A stretch of 64,000 nt of DNA from Monocercomonoides exilis PA203 (lineage: Eukaryota; Protista; Preaxostyla). The stretch lies in contig LSRY02000027.1 in the NCBI GenBank assembly GCA_001643675.2, positions 186,001-250,000 of the forward strand, written 5' to 3'. A program made the translations under genes and the position numbers. Shown here one piece after another: positions 55,501-64,000 of the stretch (the stretch's first letter is position 1; the number at the start of each line of letters is the position of its first letter). The notes under the pieces are model-generated. The model worked only from the letters and a program-made list of their open reading frames with translations, had not been told where the DNA came from and made no database searches.

Positions 55501-58500
55501 TGATTCAGTCGATTCAGCCGACACTGATAGGTTGGCATGGCTGCTAGATGAAATAGGTGTTCTTCTTAATAAAGCTAAGTCGATGGTTGCTGAAAAACCT
55601 GATGATATGGATGACATCATTCGCAAAGCATATTTTTTGCTGATTGAAGAATGGAGCAATGCTTCATTCAGCGATGAAAATAGAGAAAATATTCAGAATG
55701 AAAAAGAGATGAAAACAAGAGAAAGCAATGAAAATGATAGCAGCGAAGGAACTGCTGGATTCAAAGAATTGTCTCAGCAACTTAGCAATTCGCTTAGCGA
55801 TGAAGATAAGATGATTCTGAGATATCTTCTTCGAACAGGTTTTAACACTGAAAAGGACAAAACAGCAGCTTTTTCAAGTGAATTGTCACAAAACATATAT
55901 TCCAAAGCAGTTGTGTTGCCTTCTGTGCAATCCAGAAAAGTGTCCAGGTTTATTGATGCTCTTTCACCTTCTCATCGACGCAATGGTACATTGTCATTTG
56001 AGCCTCATCGCATCATTGATGGTCTTTTTTCTTCTGAAGCTCCATTGCACTCTGTTAATTCAGTTAATGCATATTATTTCCTGACACCGATTGACAGCAC
56101 AAATAGTTTGAATTCAACTTCTGTGTCATCAAATGCTGTTCAGACAGACAATCAAACAACTTCTTTTGGGGAAACGCAGCTTTCTCCAAATACATCTTTT
56201 CAACAAGGTGCATTGCCAATTGAGCGCTTCCTTCCTTTGGATTATTCGGCACAACACTCGTCAACATCGTTTTTCCTTCCGCGTCAAGCAAACAGTTGCA
56301 ATAATCTGATTTCTTCTTCTCTCCGCTCAGCAATTGACTCCCCATTCACTGTCTCTTCATTCTCAGAAACTAATCCATTTGGATGGTGCCTTTTTGATGA
56401 GCAGGAAGATGACAATGAAGCAGAAGAGGAAGAAATGGAGAAAGAGCAACAAATTGACAGAGATAACGAAATAGAAAGGAAAGAAAATGATGCTATATTG
56501 CACTGTTCTGATTCTAGCATTGAAGAAGAAGATGCTGATGAAGAAGATGAAACATTCAGAAGACCATTGCTTTCAACATCTTTGTTCTGCATTGTTGCAC
56601 ACGATGTGAAAATACCAAACGAATCCCACAAAGCAGAATCACACGAAGATACAAGCTCAGACAGTTTCTCATCAGAAATGGTTTTGGATGTGTATCTTGT
56701 ACCGCCCATGCACAACATAAAGGACGCAGCTCCTGCTCTTCAGCTTCCCGTGTTTGAGTCAAGCAGCTCGTTCATTGCGTGCTATTCGCGTGATAAGATC
56801 ACTGTCGATACACCAACATATTTGTTGAGCATTCTGAAGCAGATCCAAAATATCCACTTTTTGTCAACTTTCTTTGAATCTGCACTTTTACATGACAAAA
56901 ACAAGATTTTTGGACAAAATCCATTCAGCAACGCTAGGTTTAAGCCTTTTGTGTCTCCTGAGTATGAGGAAGCTTCCACAGCAGAGTATTCAACATCCTT
57001 TGTGCCTCAGTCCAACGTCCCGCCATTTGCATACTCTTTGGCGTGTCTGAACACTTATCCATTCACTGCCACTTCAGCTGCTGATCCTCTGCTTCTTTCA
57101 CAGCTCAATGCGCGTGCAATGAAGAACGGATACCTTTTGCCTGAGCCACCAATCAGCGCAGCTGTATTGCACAGTCACTGGTTCATGCAGTATGTGACCA
57201 TTCCTGCTTTCTACAAGAAAAACAACTTGAATTCTTCATTTTCGCATAATACAGAGGTGGAAAACTTTATATCAGATGACGTTGTTCTAACAAGCGACAG
57301 CGTTACCAATAACTTGCCTATTGCTTCATTGAATACATATTATCCAAGCACAAATAATACAATAGGTGGGAAGTTGTATTTAAGCCAAGATATGATCGAG
57401 CAACTGAAACTCGATTTGTCTGGTGCAATTGAAAAAGATGTTGGAGATCCGTATCCAAATCTGTCAGTGACAAAGATGCCGCTCTATGGCTCCATGCCAG
57501 CATCTGATAATGAGATTGTTCAATACTCAACTGAACATAAGAAGAATGACTCAATTCCTGTGATTCCGCTCAGAGTAGATCTGCCTGTGTTCACCATTCC
57601 TCCGCTCTTTGCAGCTGTGGCAGAGGGCGACTGGAGGACTGTGCGGATGCTGCGTGTGTGTGACGAGATGAGCAGAGAAGACAACAGTTCGTCTACATGT
57701 GAGATATCCTCCTCGTCCTGTACTCACAAGCAAATCAATCTGCGAAACGAATGCGAAGTGCGCAGTTGGCAGCAGATGTGGAAAGAAAAGATGGAGTCTG
57801 ACTCGGATGGAAGCGCATTAAACGGAAATGAAGAGCTCGGGGCAATGGCTAGAGGCTTGATGAGCAATGAAAGTGAAGAGAATGAAATTGGAAAGGAGAA
57901 TATAACACTTCAGATAGTAGGCAAACATTCCGATGAAGCAAAAAGAAGATCTACGAAATCTAATGAAAGCAATGAAGATGAGTCTTCATCTGAGGCATCT
58001 GATAGAGATGAAGAAGACTCCATATCTGCCTATGAAGAGTCATCATCTTCAGATGACTCATACTATCAGAATCCTCTTCCTCCTTTCGTAACTCTCAGAG
58101 ATTATGCTTCTTCAGCATCAGAATTCCCATTGATCCATGCTGTTGCTGATGATAATAACTTCTGGCTCCAAAATCAAACGGAGGATGGGTTATATTGCGA
58201 AATCAAAAGATTCATAGGTGATGGCAACTTAGCAGACTCATCAATGCTACATGTCTTGGATGATACTTCTTTGTGTTCTTTAGCTGATTCTTTGTCTGAT
58301 TCTGCAGAAGATAATAGAAGGCCTTCTTCAGTTTCAGATTTTTCTTTTCATGTTGATGCCAACATACGCACGCTTGGTCGTTCTCCTTTGTTCCATGCTG
58401 TGGAGATGGGATATGAAAGGTGTGTTGAAGAGCTATTGCAGATCGAAGATATTGACATAAATGAGTGGAAGGGGAAGAGCAAGATGCGCAGAAAACCAGT

Positions 58501-61500
58501 CACAAAGGATGGACTTGAATGGGATGGAGCTGAACAGACACTTCGAAGCGACGGGAAGAAGGAGACGGTAAGCAAGTGCCCTCACCAAATCAACAATCCA
58601 GATACAGAAAATGCTAATACATATACAACTCCGTATCTTTCAGTTCTGCTCAGAGAGGCATTAATAGGCAGCACATTTACAGTCACGAGGCAAAGCATGC
58701 CACCGCTTGCACTTGCTATTTTGAAGGGGAACACTCGAATTGCTGCACGTCTTTTGAACCACAAGAAAAGAAGCACTAAGAATTCAACAAAAATGGAAGA
58801 AACATTTCTGCAAATGGAAGGAACTTGTTTTGATGATAGAAGTGATGGTTGTAACTTCGACATTGATCTGCATCGTGTGTTCTATGAATGCTCCGAAGCA
58901 ACCTTTTTAACGCCTTTCCGGATGGCAAAGGGACTCAACAGAAAAACGATTCTTTCGATGATGAAGCAAAGAGATGATGAGATGAATCACAAATCAGATG
59001 AACTTTCATTGCTTTCTGCTGAGAACAACAGAATGCTGAATAAGAAGAGAAGCCTTTTGCGTCCTGTTAATATTACAAGTGAAGATGAGAAACAGATTAT
59101 CATTCATTCGCTTGTGAATTTATACATTAGTCATCATAAAAGGCACTCTCAAGCGAAGCTGCCATCAGAATCAGCTTCTTCAGTCTCATCTTCATTTATT
59201 TCTCGTTCTGCTGCTTTTCTGGCTCCTTTGATGCTTGATATTGTGTCATGGATAACAACACAGACAAAGATTGCCTCATTCAATTTGTTTATAAAGCAAA
59301 ATTCAAAAGGCTCAGAAATTGTCTCTGATGTTCTTCCTCCGAATGTTTATCCTTCTGAAAATCCTCTTCTTCATTCTCCGCACAACATCCTCCTCTTCCC
59401 TCTTCTTTATTTGCCAATTATTCCTCGTTCTTCGACTGTATTTAATGAAGCTTCTTCTTATTCATCTTCATCTTCTGCATTAAGTGATATACCTCAAATG
59501 GTGTCATTGTTTTATGTTTTGGTCTTAAAGAACCGTTCCATTTTCTCGCGTGTCATATCTTCTGGCTCTCTTCCTCTTGTTGAATGGATGTTTTCTGTTC
59601 TTTCTGTGCAAACGTTTTCTTCGCTGGAAATACCAACAACGACAAATCTTCTGCAAAGCATTGGCGTGACAGAGAATGACTTAGAGAGGCTATGTAAAGT
59701 TTGTGCAACTGAAGCTGATTCAGACAAGACAAATAATCAAAATGAAGAATTATCCGATGAAAAAATGGGCAAAATGTTTTGCTCTTGTTCTGAAGATGAA
59801 GAAAAAGAATCTCAGAAATGCTGCTCTTCAGATAACTTGTCATTACAGTGTTCTTCTTCTTCTTCTTCGGCTGCATCTCCTTCTTCTGCCTTTTTAATTC
59901 CTCGTTCTCAATTCTTCACAGATCCATCAAGTTGTGATGTGGAGCTGCCTTTTTACGAGCCATCATTTACTCAAATTACTGATGCAAATGCTCACAGAAA
60001 AAGAAAGATCAAAGTTGAAGTTGCAAAACAAACAAAAGTGAAACACGGTTCATTTGAATTTTTAGATTTACTAACATTGTCTTTTAATTCAGCCTTAACT
60101 TCAGCACAAACTGAACCATCGCCGTATCTCTTCGACATTCCATTGTCTTTATTCAACCCAAATGATGGAAATATGCCATTATTATGCTCAATTATTTCTA
60201 ACTTTAGTTCAGAAGAAGATGCTTGGCCAGCAGAATGTTTTACTTCTGCATGTTTGTCTTCATCTGCATCATCATCATCATCATCATCATCATCAACTTC
60301 TTCTTCTTCTTCTTTTTCTTCTTCTTCATTGATTTCATCTCATTTATCATGTTCTTCGGCATACATAATTAGATGTTTCGAGCTATTTTTACTAACATTT
60401 TGGAGGGGTTCATCTGTGTCTGGAAATCAATCATGTCTTGATTGGAGTCAAAGAACGAGCAGCGGTGGAACAATTCTCCATTTCTGTGCTTTGACAGGCT
60501 CAGCTTGTGTGTTGCAATTTCTTCTTTCTCTTTTGTTGGCTCATTCGAAATCAAATGAATCCAAACAGCTATCTCACATGTCTCCTATCTTCTCTCCTGT
60601 TACTTCCAGCACTGCCTCTGCTACTCCAACGACTACTTCTTCAAACATAAAGGCATCAATCTTGCCTTTTAATGCATCTAAATATCAAACAGCAGCCAAT
60701 TTGCAGTTATCATATGATTCATATCTTTTGTCGAATGATGCAAAGCATTCTTTCGCTCATTCCATCTTTTCAGATTCCGACTTTTTCGAATCAGTCACAA
60801 GTGTTCACAACTTCTGTGTTGATTCTTCGAATTTATCTTTCATGGCAGCTGATCCGCTGTCCTCATCTCTTTCACACAACTTCACACAACAGCTGAAAGA
60901 CTCCTTAACAGACATGAATTCTGATCTGTCAATGAAGAGGCTGCTGTCTGTCATTGATGATGTTGATGCTTCACACATGTCATCATCATCTTCCTCTTCC
61001 TCTTCCTCCTCCTCTTCTTCTTCTTCTTCAAAACTGTTATCTATCTCTTCTTCGATCTCTTCCCCTTCTAATGATTCTTCTTCATTTGAAAACTTCAATA
61101 TGCATGCTGAATCCCAATCTGATAGCTTGTTTGCTTCACCTTATGTTGACTGCCATCTTCTTGCTCTCCAAGAATCACGCGCATTGCAGCGAAAGATGGA
61201 AGAAGAAGAGGAAATGGCATCACTGATAACAGAATCGCTGAATAAAGACATTCAAAAAAGAGAGAGAAAGTTGAATGAAATCATTGATCGATTATTGGAT
61301 GAAGAAATCCACAGAAAAATGGATTTAGTTAAAAATGACTTACCTCTCGATCACAAACAAGCTTTATCTAAAGAGGACTTTATGTGCATTCGGAAATCAG
61401 AAGGGGTTCAACCGCATCTTCTTTCCTCTCAGCTCACTGGTGTTTCATCGGCAATCAATTCCTCCAACATTCTTCCTATTCCTATTCCTATTCCGTCGCT

Positions 61501-62332
61501 CTCACTTCTGCCAGATGTAAATGCTCTCAATTTCCAAGGAGCATCTGCACTGGCTGTTGCTTGCTCTTTCCATAGACCCCAAATTGTGGCACTCCTTTTG
61601 GATCATCCGTCGATTGATGTGAATGCTGGAGGCGTTGAGGAGCTTGCATTTGGTACTGTTACTAAGTCATCATCAATTTCTTCTTCTTCTGATAGGACAG
61701 ATGAGACCACTCACAGATTGGGCATATGCACTCCATTGACTGTCATTTGCAGTGAAGGTGCTTGTTGCTGTGCTGAGTTAAACAAAGTTAGAACAATGAG
61801 GGCTCAATCTTTGGCAGCAAGCAGAAGTCAGACTGGTGCAAGTTCTGCAAGCACTTCATCTGTAGACTATAGCTCAGGATATGGTATTTCAGTCACACAA
61901 AGCAGTCCAAGTTCGAAGGCTGCAGGCACCACAATGTGCGAGTGCGAAGAAAGAAGGCTGAACGTGCTGGACATCCTTCTCAGCCATCCGCGTGGGAAAG
62001 TTCTGGACTTCAACAAAGGACTTCCACTTCTAATTGGGCTGAAAAGGCGTCACCCGAAAGAAGTCGAGAAAATACTCAGGTTCTGCCTCGAAAACAATTT
62101 GAATGTTGATGTCAATGCATCTGATGGAAGCGAGCACTTGTTGTACGTTGCGACTAAACAGGGGTACTCTTCGATTGTTTCACTACTCCTTTCTTTCCGT
62201 AACATTGACATTGGTAAGAAAACAAGCCCAAAAGCATATACTGCACTGCAAGCTGCGATATCGATGAACAACAATGAGATAGCTTCTCTTTTGCGTGGAA
62301 AAGAATCTTCATTTGCTCCCTCTGAGAAATAA
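49529..62332 (+). CDS. Giant (>4,100 aa) protein with three UBR-box-like zinc fingers and dispersed ankyrin repeats
   Basis: 4095-aa ORF 50045-62332 plus upstream exons (~49529-49673, 49731-49796, 49870-49994) that splice in phase. CxxC..CxxCxxxCHxxH..CxC occurs three times; about 9 ankyrin-like TPLxxA..G..VxxLL units. True start unresolved. Confidence 0.8.
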
Positions 62333-63372
62333 ACACATAAACATGGTTAGAAAGAGGACCAGATTTTGCTGCGTGGGATGTTATTTGTTAAATTTTATAA
62401 TGATTTTTGTTTTGTATTATCATTGTTACCACTTTATATTTTGCAACATGTTTTGATTGCTTTGTAATTGCTTTTGTGACTAAGAATTTGACTGGATTTT
62501 TGTGAATAATTTTGAATATAACAATTTTTCGGTTTAGGATTGTTTAAAGGATGCTTTAATTTAATTGGTTGAGTTGTCTTTCAAAAATATTTATTTAATT
62601 ATAAACTCAAACATTGAGCAGAAAAAAGAATTATACTTTTGACAGCCAAATGGAAGATTTATATTTGCGGAAATTTTTCATTTTTTCCTTGTTCGCTTCG
62701 AGTTTTATTGATGCATTCTTCGTTATCTTAATCTTTAATCATTTGAGTGAATTCTCTTTGGATGATTTATCTGAATTAAACATTTTCATCAGTTTCAGTT
62801 CTTTTATGTTTTCATTTTTCATTTCAACGTTTTGTTCAAATATTTATTCAAATTTTTCAAAAGTTATATTTCTTTAATTGGTAATCTAAAACAACTGGAT
62901 CCGTTTCAATGAAGCGAATTAATTCATAAGTATTTTTCAATTATTCATTAGCAGTTGCAAATCAGTTCGGAAAAATGCGAACATGATCTTGCAAACTTTT
63001 ACTAATTAATTTTTTAATTCAAAGGTCAATATCTTTCTAAATGCTGAAAGATAAAAAAGAAGAAGAAATGCTTTTCGTTCATTGGTAGTGGGGAAGACTT
63101 TTCATTTCAAATACTCAGAAGTTTGTTGAGAAATAAAATAACAAAAAAAAAGAAAACCATTTCAAAGCAACACAAACGCAACTAACTTTTCTTGAAGATG
63201 ACATTTTGTTAAAAATGAAATCAATAGAAGAAATCAACTATTAATTCCAACTGATTTTCATTCTTTTTTATTCAAGAATTTTGTTAAAATCACTTCAATT
63301 AAACGTCAACAAGAGAGATACATGGACGGAATGTGTGAGAGTGAAATAAAAATATGAAAAAGCTGATTATAT

Positions 63373-64000
63373 TCAAATGTTCACAAAATAATCTGCAATA
63401 TTTTTTGCAAGTCTAGAAAAATAGCAACTGTTTAAATAATCAAATTTTTTATGAAAGCTTGCAATGGCATCTTCGTATCCTTCTTCTTCCATCTTGTCTA
63501 GTGTCTCCTTTTTTATAACTTTTCTTTTCGCTTCATCTGTTTCATTAGCCATCTTACTCTTCAAACTTATTGAAGTTTCCAAAAAGAATCTCATGCAGCC
63601 ACATGAAATTTCATCATTCAAAGTTGATTGCTGAATTTCCCACAAAGCAAAACCAAAAGCGCCTCCTTTCAGAAAGTAATCTGCAATAACTGAAAGTTGT
63701 AATTGTCTCATCATCTCAGCGAAGATATCAAAGCACTTTTTCACAATTTCTGCATATGTGTCTCTTGCTGCCCAATACAGCCTTATTATGCATTCAATTA
63801 AATCAACGCATTCATTTTTATCGGATCTGCAATCACAAAAGTTAACGGAAATTAAACATTGCCATCTTTTTAAAATTCGAATTTCTTTTGTTTCTTTCTG
63901 TCCCTTTTCTTTCTTCCAATTCACGTATTTTGTCAACTCTTCTAGCTCGTTTGTTGCTTCTTTCACAAAACGCAGCTCGTTGACAACAGCACGTTTCAAA
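63373..64000 (-). CDS. 3' part of another member of the KMEEEGYED family (5'-truncated by the window edge)
   Basis: ELRFVKEATNELEEL...LKGGA...DKMEEEGYEDAIASFHKKF...NIADYFVNI* aligns with 26335-27126. Confidence 0.85.
   Translation of the reverse strand, partial: LKRAVVNELRFVKEATNELEELTKYVNWKKEKGQKETKEIRILKRWQCLISVNFCDCRSDKNECVDLIECIIRLYWAARDTYAEIVKKCFDIFAEMMRQLQLSVIADYFLKGGAFGFALWEIQQSTLNDEISCGCMRFFLETSISLKSKMANETDEAKRKVIKKETLDKMEEEGYEDAIASFHKKFDYLNSCYFSRLAKNIADYFVNI

Noticed and set aside
50247-62336. Many antisense and off-frame ORFs inside the giant genes
   Set aside because: Shadows of long, low-complexity coding sequence.

Overview
AT-rich, gene-dense eukaryotic DNA with short GT-AG introns and the standard genetic code (TAA, TAG and TGA all act as stops). 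The gene families and style resemble an oxymonad such as Monocercomonoides; this is an inference. Recognisable genes: a giant intronless Pmp-like beta-helix/TM/pseudokinase receptor, RPL6, a 4-RRM protein, BUD13, eIF6, a P/U-type cyclin, a 5-exon TMEM208/SND2-like gene missed by the ORF track, spastin, an RCC1-repeat protein, an NAA60-like acetyltransferase ending in a CaaX box, cathepsin B, GINS Psf2, a >4,100-aa UBR-zinc-finger/ankyrin protein, and two paralogues of a lineage-specific family. The main structural discovery is a 2,203-bp element (27491-29693) with perfect 409-bp terminal inverted repeats and a TA duplication. It sits inside an exon of one of those paralogues, and removing it restores the reading frame exactly. 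A cluster of degenerate MITE-like ends (one intact as TTAA-CCC) lies just upstream at 24.9-26.1 kb.
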